From the NCBI RefSeq assembly GCF_001194135.2, contig NC_068982.1:60473524-60537523 (forward strand): a DNA stretch of 64,000 nt, read 5' to 3'. The notes beneath the pieces were generated by a model. That model was not told where the DNA came from. It saw only the letters and a program-made list of their open reading frames with translations, and did no database searches. The stretch comes from Octopus bimaculoides. Its lineage: Eukaryota. The position numbers were made by a program, and so were the translations under genes. Positions 40,521 to 52,459 of this stretch are shown in pieces. Numbering within the stretch: the first letter of the stretch is position 1; the number at the start of each line of letters is the position of its first letter.

Positions 40521-42819
40521 CTCAACCATTTTTTACTGATGGACTCCTTTGATTAATATTCTGTTATGGTGACACCCATTGCCATTCGATGTTTCAAAAC
40601 TGATTTTATAGATACCTCTTTGAAAATTCCCACTTTGTTATTCACACATTAACTTATGTAGGTTGGATTATGTAAAATGTTTGAGAAAGAAATTTAGCTG
40701 TTTCTTGCAAGAAATACATTTAAATCAACATTTTTTCATGACCCCTTAATATACTACTGTGGATCTCCAATCAACTATTTTGCTTGCGTGCCCCCCCCCC
40801 CTCCAAATCTTATATGGAATCCCCCAGCCCCTAGTGTCAAATGGACCCCAGTTTAACCCATTTATGTAAAAGGCCAACAATTGCTGTAGACTGAAACAGT
40901 TAAAATTCAGCAGGAGTTAATTTCTATACAGGCAGCTTTAAAAACACAAAAAAGAACAATACTCATTAATTAAACATTGCTGTTGGCTTTATATGAGTGA
41001 GGAGTGTACCCTTGGTAACTAACTTCAGGTCTGGTAAACAGAAATGAGAAATCAGTGTCACAAATCAAGACATAGGGCAAGCATCATAATGAGATGTGAA
41101 TTCATAGCCTGTAAACTCTAAGACTATGTCTTCAAGCATATTCCTGTGTTTGTCTATGTGTGTGCACATGAGAGCCTACATGGCCATGTATGTATGCATC
41201 TGTCTGAATGAGTATAAGTGTGTGTGTTGTGTGTGTGTATGTGTGTGTGTTTGTCTGTCTATCTGCATAAGTATAAATATGTGTGAGAGAGTGTATCTGT
41301 ATTTGTAAGTGTAAGTAGAAATGTGATTATATGAGCACATATCTGATGTCTGTTTGAATATAAATGTGTATGAGTATATGTACATTCCTGCATTAATGTG
41401 TTTGTGTGTGTGTGTGTGCATGTGTGTGTGTGTACATGAATATGTGTTTATGTATGTATGTGTGTAATAGAAGACATATTTAATTAACACCGAGTAAGGT
41501 GCTGTTATGTTAAACTGTCAAAAATAAGATATATTACATCATCATAAGTAGTACTTTAATTTTTTTTTTCATATGGATATGGGTTGGATAGGTCTGCAGT
41601 AGAATTTAAATGTTCGTGCTTTTCTGTTGCATCGTATACGACACCCAACATCTCCAAACTTTTTCTTATATCTTCATTGATTTTCTTTTCCTTCTGATAA
41701 TGTTTTCCACTGTCAGCATACAGAATGGTTTCATAATTTTGAGAAATTGCAACCAATTCAGGATTATTATAAAGTCCTCATGCAATTTTAAATTTTACAA
41801 ATCTAGAATTATACAAGAATTTCATAATGACCTAATATGTTCAAAACACAGGTAGGCGTTTTCATGAAATTAACACATTTTAGGTACATTAATTCAAAAA
41901 TTGTCTTTTATAGCACTCTATCCTAGCTACTTTTGAGAGTATATATTCATATAATGAGAATATTAATGGTTCATAGGAATAGTATACTTGGAATACAGTC
42001 TAAGCAAGCCTGCAGATCAGTAGTGGCATCTTAACATATAGAAAAGGTCAAAAAGAAACAAGATAAAAGGTAAAGAACCCCTTTGGTCATGAATGACCTT
42101 GGGATTGTGTCTAGAAAGTTACTCTCCAAGGCACGAGTCCAGGCAAGATTGTTTATGGAAGATCAGAAGTGTCCCTCTTCGTGCTATCAATGTTATCCAA
42201 GGCAAAGGCTGATACAGCTTGACTCCAATGACATCACAACTCATTTCTACAGCTGAGTGATCTGAGGCAATATGAAATAAAGCGTCTTGCTCAAGAACAC
42301 AGCACACAGGCTGGTCTGGGAATCAAGCTCACTACCTCATGATTGCAAACCCAATGCTCTAACCACTGAGCCTTGCACCTACAGAAAGAGACAGAGAGAG
42401 GAAGAAATGAGGACGGATAGAAATCAGCACAGCATCATTATCATTTAACATCCATTTTTCCATGCTTGTATGAGTCAGGTAGAATTTTGTTGAAGGTAGA
42501 TTTTCTATGGCCAGATGCCCTTCATGTCACCAACCTTTACCTGTTCCCAAACAAGACATGTTTCCCAGACAAAAAATGAACAACACTGCTTGTATGACAA
42601 TGATGTTTACTTCCAGCCACCACATAATGTCAACACAAGGGTACACACACACACACACACGTGCGCACGCACGCACACACACACACACGAACACACACAC
42701 ATGCACACACACACACACACACACAATACTAATAATACAAGATAATGATAATAATAATAATACAAAATCTGTACTCCTGTTTAATAGTATGAACATCATC
42801 TTGAGTCAGTCAGTGTAGG

Positions 42820-43333
42820 TAAAAATGTTACTATCCTGTGAGATTTTCCAGTCAACACTGACTGATCCAGGCTTATTAAAGACAGGGAAGAAAATATTAG
42901 TAGACTAATAGATATAAGTGTTCCCACTGGTAAAAAATATATTTGTAAAGGAATTTGACAAATTAAGTAAATATAAGGACCTGGAAATTGAAATACAAAA
43001 GATGTGGCATCTTAAAGCGAAAACTGTTTCTGTTATTGTAGGTGCCCTAAGTATGATAAAAAAGAGACGTCAGAAAATCTAGATGAGATCCCTGGAGAAC
43101 AATGTCTCAGAAAAATCCCAAAGATTGTGCTGACAAGTACTGCCCACATCCTGAGAAAAACCCTATCCATTTAAATGTATATGTTGTATTACATGAAGAT
43201 ATTTCACTACTGCCCCTGCCACCTCTCCTCCTCATGCTTTCAGTCATACTATAACATCTCTTATCCTTCACTTGCTCTAGGACACTGGGTGTGTCTCAGC
43301 AAGTGATTGTAACAAACATGCAGATTAAAAGTA

Positions 43334-43383
<50 letters not shown>

Positions 43384-43395
43384 CAACAACAAACA
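42820..43395 (+). mobile_element. R4/Dong-like RLE non-LTR retrotransposon 3' end with (TAA)n tail
   Basis: VTIL*DFP...IKDREENISRLIDISVP...KEFDKLSKYKDLEIEIQKMWHLKAKTVSVIVGALSMIKK...IVLTSTAHILRKTLSI*, a PD-(D/E)xK restriction-like endonuclease C-terminus. Confidence 0.85.
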
Positions 43396-43646
43396 GGGCT
43401 AATGAATAGAAATTTATTGTTTGTTCAAATAAATCTAAAATGAATAAAAGAGAGAGAGAGAGAGAGAGTATCTATTTGTTTAATCAATTAGTTTTTTTTT
43501 ATTATTATTGTTGTTTATATGCTTAATATTTGATCAAATATATATTTTATTAAATGTAAAATGTTTCAGAATTCTTGCACATACAATCAATAATATTCGG
43601 AATGAAATTATCATATATTCTGTTGAGAAACATCTTTACAACTCAC

Positions 43647-43704
43647 ACTGCTGTGGTGATAGTGATTTACTATTTTCTTTAGCTAAACTACCAGCCATCA
43701 TTGA
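43647..43704 (-). CDS. Candidate exon (58 nt), SMMAGSLAKENSKSLSPQQ; product unknown
   Basis: Donor AGT|GTGAGT, weak acceptor gagttcag|, open frame with tandem ATGs. Confidence 0.2.
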
Positions 43705-44589
43705 CTGAACTCAACTAACTCTGAACATGTCATATCTATAAAACCAAGCAATAAAAATACACTTCTGAATCAATGACTCACAAGGAGTTGGGAATTACTG
43801 ACCTAAGATTGTCATATTTAGCATATAACTTACAAGATGGAGGAGCCAACAGGTCCACTGTTGCCTTAAAGCAAAAAAAAAAAAAAAGAGAGAGAGAGAG
43901 AGAGAGAGCTCATCATTTTAAAATGTATGGTAAATTTCAAGTGAAATGGCTTTATTTTGGAAATGTGTTTAATGGTGATGAATAACAAAAAAATGTCTTT
44001 CTTAATTACATGTTTGGCATAAATGTGCAATAAAAATCAGTTTCAAGATCATCAAAAGAGTAGGGTTTTTTGTACTTTTTCTATATAATATATATATGGA
44101 CATTCATTATTTCTCCCTAATTCAGTGAATCATCATCATCATCAATATCGTTGCCATCATCATTATCCTCCTCATCATCATCATCGCTGTTGTCGTCATC
44201 ATCATCATCGTTGTTGTCACCATCATCATCACCATCACTGTCGTCATCATCGTCATTTCTATGTCTCGTTTCCCATTCAAACATGGGTTACATATAACTT
44301 CTTACAACAGTATTCTACCGTCTGTGATGCCATTCTCAATGCCAATCCATACTTGTAAGAGAAGTAAGTGACATTATTCCATGATTTTGCACATCAAATA
44401 ACTTTCAAGCTGCCAGACATTTTGTCTGTGTGGGATACAAGGAATGTGTCAATGTAAAAGCATATGGGTCCAAACACACATACATACATGCTCTACACAT
44501 GCACGATGATGATTGCCTTGTTTTGTTGGATGAAAGCTGTCACACATTCATCCTGATTCTTCTGATTTACTTTCATCCATGCATAGATG

Positions 44590-45022
44590 TCTTGCAAACA
44601 ACTCGCACATGCAAGTGCTACCAGTCGAGAACTCCGCATACCGGAAGCCAGCAAGTGTATGGGGTCATCAGGAGAGAATGCGCGCCGTTTCGGGGTCTAC
44701 CTCTCGACGGCATCAATGCGCAATGGCCTCCGCTCACTGATATGAGGTCCCGCTTGCTAGATCAACTGGTTATTAAAAACAAAGCTCAATATTTCTCTAG
44801 CCATCGCTCATCATCTCTTTTTAACCAAATCCAGTGGCTAGCCTTCTCCACTGTATTTTGGATATCACTCATGGTGGTATTTACCTTATGATGAGTTAGG
44901 CCTAACGATAACAGCAGTCGTCTCACATTGTGTCCTACAAACCCTCCACATCCAACTTCGATTGGAAAATGCTCCGCTTTCCAACCTGCGTCTTCACATT
45001 TCTCGAGGAGGTTTACATAACA
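44590..45022 (-). mobile_element. HERO-clade RLE non-LTR retrotransposon 3' end
   Basis: Stop-free 77-aa C-terminus at 44786-45019, YVNLLEKCEDAGWKAEHFPIEVGCGGFVG...VEKASHWIWLKRDDERW, matching the HERO GWKA..P(I/V)EVGCRGF...AEKASRWLWLKR motif; CpG-rich 3' UTR. Confidence 0.85.
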
Positions 45023-45162
45023 TGAGATATGACTTTACAAATCCATCACTGTAGAACTTTTATAAAATACAAAATGGATTAAGACATAAAATGATAGCAA
45101 GACATCTGCACGTCACTGGATTTAAGTGACAAAAGCTTGTATAACATTTTTGACACTCTCTC

Positions 45163-45395
45163 ATTTCTTTACTGCCTACAAGGGGCTACACACAGAGGGG
45201 ACAAACAAGGACAGACAAACAGATTAAGTCGATTATATTGACCCCAGTACGTAACTGGTATTTATTTAATTGACCCCGAAAGGATGAAAGGCAAAGTCGA
45301 CCTCGGCGGAATTTGAACTCAGAACGTAGCGGCAGACGAAATACTGCTATGCATTTCGCCCGGCGTGCTAACGTTTCTGCCAAGCTCGCCGCCTT
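45163..45395 (-). mobile_element. Young SINE family A copy with 16-bp target-site duplication
   Basis: TTTTTGACACTCTCTC at 45147-45162 and 45396-45411; intact A box TGGCAGAAACG and B box GAGTTCAAATTCC; CpGs retained. Confidence 0.9.
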
Positions 45396-46904
45396 TTTTT
45401 GACACTCTCTCGGTCAGCATAGCAGGTTCCAGTCACAAGCATTACAAGTTGTGTAATATTATGTTGACTTCAAGTTTTATGTCAAAGAAGGCAGCCCTTC
45501 TAGGAGAAAGATACACATACACATGTACACGCATATATAATAATAATAAATATTTCTTTCTTGAGCCATGCCAGACACATGAGGGCCGGTTTCCCGATCT
45601 CAATGGCATATCTATTCCCCACATGGATGGGATGCCAGTCCATCATCAGATTACTAATTTTTTCCAGCTAAGTGGACTGGAGCAATGTGAAATGAAGTGT
45701 TTTGCTCAAGAACATAATGCATCACTCGGTCCAGGAATCAAAACCACAATCTTACGATCATGAGTCCAACACCCCAACCACTAAGCTACATGCATCCACT
45801 ACATGTATATGGGATGTAGATTGGATTATAATCAAAATTGTCCTCATGAAGCACATCTGCTCATTTCAGTACTTCAGTAGCTGTTATATTTGTGTGAAGC
45901 ATGCATAAGAGTTGAAAAATACTGGAAAATAACCTTTGCAGAATAATTAATCAAAACAGAGACTGGAAAATTTTCCATAGCATTATTTATTCTTCATTAC
46001 ATGTGTTTCATTTCCCAGTGGAAGTTATAAAGGTGTTCATGTAGATAAAAACATGTATAACATCTCCTATTAGAAATTCATCAGACAGAGAATCAGAATA
46101 ATAATTATTTGATTCTCTGTCTGACAAATTTCTAATAGAAGATATCTTACCTAATTTTTCTACATGTACATCTTTATAACTCCCATTAGGAAATGAAATA
46201 CATGTATATACATATATGTCATCATCATCACCATCATTGTTTGATGTCCATTTTCCATACTGGCATAGGTTGGATGGTTTGACTAGAGATGGTAAGGCCA
46301 GAGGCCACACCAGGTTCCATATTCTGTTCTGGCATAGTTTCTACAGCTGGATGCCCTTCCTAACACTGCTCCATAGAGTGTACTGGGTGCTTTTTATGTG
46401 ACACCAGCACCAATATTTTTAACATGGTGCACATGTATGTATATATATATACAAAACGGACTTAAGTACAGTTTCCATCTACCAAGTATCATTCACAAGG
46501 TATTCGTTAATCTCACACTACAGTAGAAGACACTTACCCAAAATGTCAACCACAGCATCAAACTCAAAACCATATGGTTACAGAATCAGCTTCTTAGCCA
46601 CTTTACCATGCCTGCACCTGTTTTAATAATTCTATTAAATCTCTTTTTGTACTGAGGATTTTATTTACCTTTTTAAATTTAATCCTTTACATGCTAAGAG
46701 CCTCAGTGTTCAGTGGCTAGAAAGCCAATCAGTTGCAAGACATTCATTCCCATTTCTCACGCAAAAAAATTAAGCATAATACTGCAAGTGAACAAAATCT
46801 TCTTACATTGGTCAGTATGTTCTATTTTCCAAAGCAGTAAACTGTATTTCTTTGATTTACCCTCTTTACTTCTGAATGTAGATAGACCGTTAAGGACATC
46901 ACAT

Positions 46905-48110
46905 CATTTTATCAATTCTGAGAGGATGAAAGGCAAAGTCAACCTCAGTGGAATTTGAACTCAGAAAATAAAGGCAGGTGAAATGCTGCTAAGCATTTTG
47001 TCCAGTATGCTAATGATCCTGCCAGCTTGCAGCCTAATATGGTTTACTATATTAGCACAAGTACTTGACTGGATCTCAGAGTGATTTCAACTCATAAAAC
47101 TAAATGTTACATGGTATTTTGTCTGACAGCGATGGGTGAATTCTTTAATTTCCTTTTGAATAAAGTCTTTAATTACTTTCATACAGTTATAATTCACCAT
47201 TACCTTTCACCACCATCACTACAATTACTATGACTGCTCTCATCAGTATTCATTATTAACAGTAAGGGGGTGAGCTGACAGAATCGTTAGAATGCTGGGT
47301 AAAATGCTCAGCAGCATTTCATCCATCTTTATGTTCTGAGTTCAAGTGCTGCTGAGATCAGCATGGTCTTTTATTTTTCTCAGGGTCACTAAAATAAGTA
47401 CCAGTTGAGCACTGACATTGATGTAATTGACTTACCCCCACCCCTGAAATTACTGGGCTTTCATCAAAATCTGAAACCAATATTCACTATTAATAGCAGA
47501 CAAAGGCAGCGAGCTGGCAGAATCGTTAGCACACTGGACGAAATGTTTAGTGGTATTTCACCCATCACTACATTCTGAGTTCAAATTTTGCTGAAGTCAA
47601 CTTTGCATTTCATCCTTTCAGGGTCAATATATTAAGTATCAGTTGAGTACTGGGGTCGATGTAATTGACTATCTCCCTCCCACAAATCTCAGGCCTTGTG
47701 CCTGTAGTAGTAAGTATTATTAATAGCAGGCAGAATCATTATCATGCCAGGCAAAATGCTTAGCAACATTTCCTGTGTTTCGTCTGCCGCTACATTCTGA
47801 GTTCAAATTGTGTCGAGGTCGACTTTGCCTTTCATCCTTTCTGGGTGGATTAAATAAGTACCAGTTACTCACTAGGATCGATGTAATTGATTTAATTCCC
47901 TCCCTCAAGCTGCCCTTGTGGCAAAAATTTGAAATCATCATTATTACTATCATTATTAGGGTGGTAGGCTGGCAGAATCATTAGCACGCCAGGTGAAATA
48001 CTTAGTAGTATTTTGCCCATCACTACATTCCGAGTTCAAATTCCATCATGGTCGACTTCACCTTTCATCCTTTCAGGCCTTATGCTTTTGGTAGAAAGGA
48101 TTATCATTAC
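46905..48110. mobile_element. SINE family A cluster: one minus copy (46905-47035) and four head-to-tail plus copies (about 47264, 47503, 47727, 47958)
   Basis: Repeated gagctggcagaatcgttagca...ttctgagttcaaatt...ctttcatcctttc units separated by short TAT/TAA tracts. Confidence 0.85.
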
Positions 48111-48119
48111 TATTATTAG

Positions 48120-48480
48120 TTTGTCCGTCATGGTTGACAATGACCCAGAACATCACACGGGGGGAAGAAGATGGGGTACAATGTGAACAGCTATGGCTAA
48201 TAAGACCAATGCATGTGCTCAGAAGTTTCTGCCCCACACCAGGCACTGGTGGTCTGCTGGGATTACAGGTAAGAAGTTAGCCCTGGACTTGCACTGTTCA
48301 CATTTTCTTAGTGCCTCTACAATCCTTTACCATCTGTAGGAGGTGGCACATCTGTTGGTGCAGCTTCGTCAGGCAAAGCAGTCTTGTGCTTGTGTTCCCA
48401 GGTGTCAGGGTTAATCTCAAAGCCCCTCAGTAGGGCTTTATGTGGGGTGGATGGCAGAATCACTGGAGTACCACAATAAA
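48120..48480 (-). mobile_element. 3' end of a second RTE family (BovB-like C-terminal zinc knuckle)
   Basis: KALLRGFEINPDTWE...QCKSRANFLPVIPADHQCLVWGRNF resembles the RTE C-terminus K..LK..I.PDTWE...C..CGR.F. Confidence 0.7.
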
Positions 48481-48522
48481 TGCTTTGTTGTAATTTTTTT
48501 CTCATATTGTGAACACAAATGG

Positions 48523-48553
<31 letters not shown>

Positions 48554-48914
48554 CTTACGTATGTATGTGTGTGTGTATGTATGTATGTATTTATTGCATG
48601 TATGTTTGTGTGTATATGTATAATATGTATATGTATATATATATATATGCATATGTATATAATATATATACATACACACAAACATGCATTCATAGATATG
48701 TTTACAGTACATGTATGTATATATATGTGTGTGTGTGTGTGAGAGTGTGTTTACATGTATATGTACATGTATATATATGTATATATACATATACGTGTAT
48801 ATATATATATATATATATGGGGGGGGATATATATTTTTATATATATATATGAGTGTGTGTGTATATACAGAAATTTTATGTATATGTACATAGTTGAAAA
48901 AGATTATAGATCTA

Positions 48915-48950
<36 letters not shown>

Positions 48951-49410
48951 CTGTTTCTCCCCACCATTGCTTGACAGTCAGTGTTAGTTTGTTTACGTCC
49001 CCCGTAAGTTAGCGGTTCAACATAAAAGAACAATAAAATGAACACCACGCTTTAAAATAGCAAGTAGTGGGCTCGATTCGTTCGACTAAAACCCTGAAGG
49101 CCCCAGCATGGCCGCATTCCGGTATTCAAATGACTGAAACGAACAGAAGAATATATATATATATAGAGAGAGAGAGATAGATAGACAGACACACACACAT
49201 CGTTTTTGACTAGAATTGTTATTTTTCATTTTCAAGTTCAATGTTTACTCAATAGTATTATTGTGTTTGTGTCTGTGTGCAAGTGTCTGCACATGCGGGC
49301 GCGTATGTGTCTGCATGTGCGTTCGCGTGCGCATGGACGTACACGCGTGCGTATGTGAGCGCGTTCGTGTGCGTGTGTGTGCGCGCGCGTATGTGTGTCC
49401 TTATCTCCCC

Positions 49411-49444
<34 letters not shown>

Positions 49445-51413
49445 GTTTCCTGCTTATGTAAGAAATCCTCGTTATTGTTATTGTCTGTCAGAGCGGCGGA
49501 ATCAGAATCGGCAGATTGTCGGACAATGACCCATTACGTTCTGAAATTCAACTTTAACCTAGGTTTACTTTACTTTTATCATATCGAGGTCGATAAAATA
49601 CCCTATCAATTTAGTGTATAGTCGATGTAATCGACCGATCATTCAGCCCCTAAATTCCCTACCTTGAAATTATTATTATTATTATTATGGAATAATTATA
49701 AATAAATTATCAAATTCTTTTATTGTTCCAGTGTCGAGAAAAAATAATTACCAGTCATCTACTTGTATCGATTTTAAAATGGCCTTGTGCCTATGTTCAA
49801 AATCAATATTATTATAATACGCTAATTTGAATCTTGAAATTATATTACTCAATGTTGTGGAGTAAACCTATGATTAAAAAAAAAATGTTCCATCATATTT
49901 AAGGTTGCACTATTATTCAGCGTGTTGTCCCTTCTTGTGAGGCGGCAAGGTGCGAGTTGGGGAAGATTTGGCTGCTATTTTTAGCCGATTGAGTGGCTCC
50001 CCTATGAGACTCCCTTGTTGTTGGTTGAATAATATCCAAGGTGGAACCAATTCATTTCTAAATACTGCCAGAGTTCTTGAGAAACATAGCACCATCGTCT
50101 CAATGTTTTAACCCCCACCTCGTAAATTTGAGGTGCCGCACGTTAAAATGAAGTAAACCATTGTAGATATAGTCAAAACATAACCACATAAATTGAAATA
50201 GCCGCCAAAGCCCCCTTAAATTACACTCTACTACCTTGAAATAAAGAAGGCCACAATGAAAAATTAGTGCACGATATACTTAATAATAATAATAGTGATA
50301 AATACTGGAGGATCACGGCTGGAATGCCTTTAATTATAAGGTCTGCCTGTTCAGGACTAACCTAGGGCTAAATACCAACGTTACAGTTACGAAACCAAAT
50401 TTAATTTGAAGATTCCCTTTTAAATGGAATGTTAATTATGACGCGGAAATTCCTTTCAAGTTTTGAGTAATTCCTCTGTGTTCGAGATACAATAAACAAT
50501 TTCTTCCACGAGGAGTAAAAACAGCATGAGATGTGAAGATTGGACGGATAGAAAAGAAAAATGGTTGAGATTGTGTGGTCTTCATGCTTACATAAAAAAT
50601 AAAATAAAAGGGGGTAATACGATAAAATGGAATAGTTTACAACCGGGAATCGAAACTTGGTCGTAAACTCGCTTAAATGGTTTGAAATACTATATAATAT
50701 GCAATAAACGATAATGACAGCCATAAGAGTCAGGATATTTGAAGCAGACGATCTACTGTCAGGACAGAGCAGAAAAATCTTTCGAGCAGACGAACACACG
50801 TACAAAGTGATTTCTCCTCTATGATAAACATTGAAGAGAGGGAGGGAAAAAAATGAAACAAATACTTTCACATTGTTTTGATATTGACTTTGGTAATAAT
50901 AAACTCTTATGTTTCCTCGTGTCTACAAAATAAATAAATGTATATATAAATATATATAAAGATTCAGACACTCTGGTGCCCTGAAAGGTCAAAAGAAGAA
51001 AGCAATTCCTCCGTTCCAAAACTGATCCCCCATTTTGTAACAACAGACTATTGAGTCGCAAGAAACGAAATATTTAGTCGGTGAAACCTCAAAAAGTATA
51101 TATGTATGTGCATGTGTGAGTTTATACTTATGTAATATTTACGTATAACAAAACACGTTTAGTTTCATTTTTATTAAGATATAAACATATATATATATAT
51201 ATGAGCCAAAGTAGTCGCCGATCTATCGAAAAATAACAGCCGGATTGTCCACAAATCACACCTGCTCGCTCAAAATTAGAGAGAAAAACATATTATGTAT
51301 TCCTAGATACAAGGTGGTCATGGGTGGAATGCTTTTGATCGTAATTCAGTTCGCTCCTGGTTCACCTTGGCTTCTTTATCTATCTATCTATCTGTCTGTA
51401 TGTATGTATATCT

Positions 51414-51452
<39 letters not shown>

Positions 51453-51879
51453 GTGCATCTTCGAAAATGAATAAAACACAAAAACAAAAATATTGCTTAA
51501 GATACAAATTATTTAAGAAATAAAGCATAGTATGGAAATAATTAATTTAATTAACTGCCATATTATTTATTAGTTTATTAAAATCATATAAATTTTCGAA
51601 TGTTTATAAGACATCTTAAAGCGAAAACCATAACAACATTATGAAGGTTGCCGGCAAAGACATGTTGCTATACTGGTATGTAAACATAAACAAACATTGC
51701 TTGGTCGTCCCGTTTGTACTCGTCTCCCTACAGTCGTTACAGCCACGAAAAGATCGTTTATTTCTATGAAAGAGGGAAATTTGATCATTTTAAAATATTA
51801 CATTTCAGTACTGAAATTTGACTAGTTTATTATTTTGCTCCCTGCTTCGCTTGAATATCTCTTTCGCCGAATGACTTAC

Positions 51880-51960
51880 AAGTGTAGTCAACTCGCTTTT
51901 ACACCAGCCGACAAGTCTTGCCGTAAACTGGCGTGCAACATGTTATAGAAACTTTTCTAG
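51880..51960 (-). other. Putative non-coding first exon of a leftward (minus-strand) transcript; 5' limit unknown
   Basis: ...gagttgactacactt|GTAAGT; the only ATG is followed by an in-frame stop. Confidence 0.4.
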
Positions 51961-52121
51961 CTTATTAATAAATAAAATAAGATCATTTTCACTGAATTCT
52001 ACTGCTTTTTGTCTTGTTATATTTACTCAATCATAAAATTATGCAATCTAATCGCCCGTCGGACGTTGTCAGATGTCGCAAATTTAAACTTGTCAACAAA
52101 CCAACAGACGACCTCTACAAA

Positions 52122-52130
52122 ATGGCGGCG
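52122..52130 (+). CDS. Putative first coding exon segment ATG GCG GCG (Met-Ala-Ala) of a rightward gene
   Basis: aaaATGGCGGCG|GTAAGT, with a strong Kozak-like context and a consensus donor; downstream exons not identified. Confidence 0.5.
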
Positions 52131-52459
52131 GTAAGTTGCGAAATTTGTTTTTCATTGATAAATGGGATGGCTTGCGTCACAGGAAGGACAGTGCTGATAA
52201 AATTTCAATGAATGAGTCATTCTGTCATTTTTTCATTTTGTTTATTTATTTTTTTTTATCTGCATAAAAGAAGAAACACTGTTTAGTTTGTCTTCTTTTG
52301 TGAGAGTCTACTGTCCCGTCCGGCTTGGTCTTAATGACAGACACCAGTTGTCAGCTTCTGCTTGCAGTGTACAAGAGTAATGGCACTCCAACATCGGAGC
52401 CTGAATAATTGCCACTAGTTGTTTCTAAGTGCGATGCCAATAATAATGAATCATTATTA

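Larger units (their letters stand above)
51880..52130. promoter_or_regulatory. Putative CpG-rich bidirectional promoter
   Basis: Minus donor GTAAGT at 51879-51874 and plus donor GTAAGT at 52131-52136 face away from each other; YY1-type CAAAATGGCGGC at 52118-52129; local CpG enrichment. Confidence 0.6.

Noticed and set aside
44430-44891. 153-aa plus-strand ORF
   Set aside because: Antisense shadow of the HERO 3' end
50401-50871. 156-aa minus-strand ORF
   Set aside because: Composition (F/L/I/S/Y-rich) looks like AT-rich UTR or intron; no start context or recognisable homology
51040-51100. Second hammerhead-like string ctattgagtcgcaagaaacgaaatatttagtc
   Set aside because: Core has two mismatches, stem II is weak and the flanks cannot form stem I
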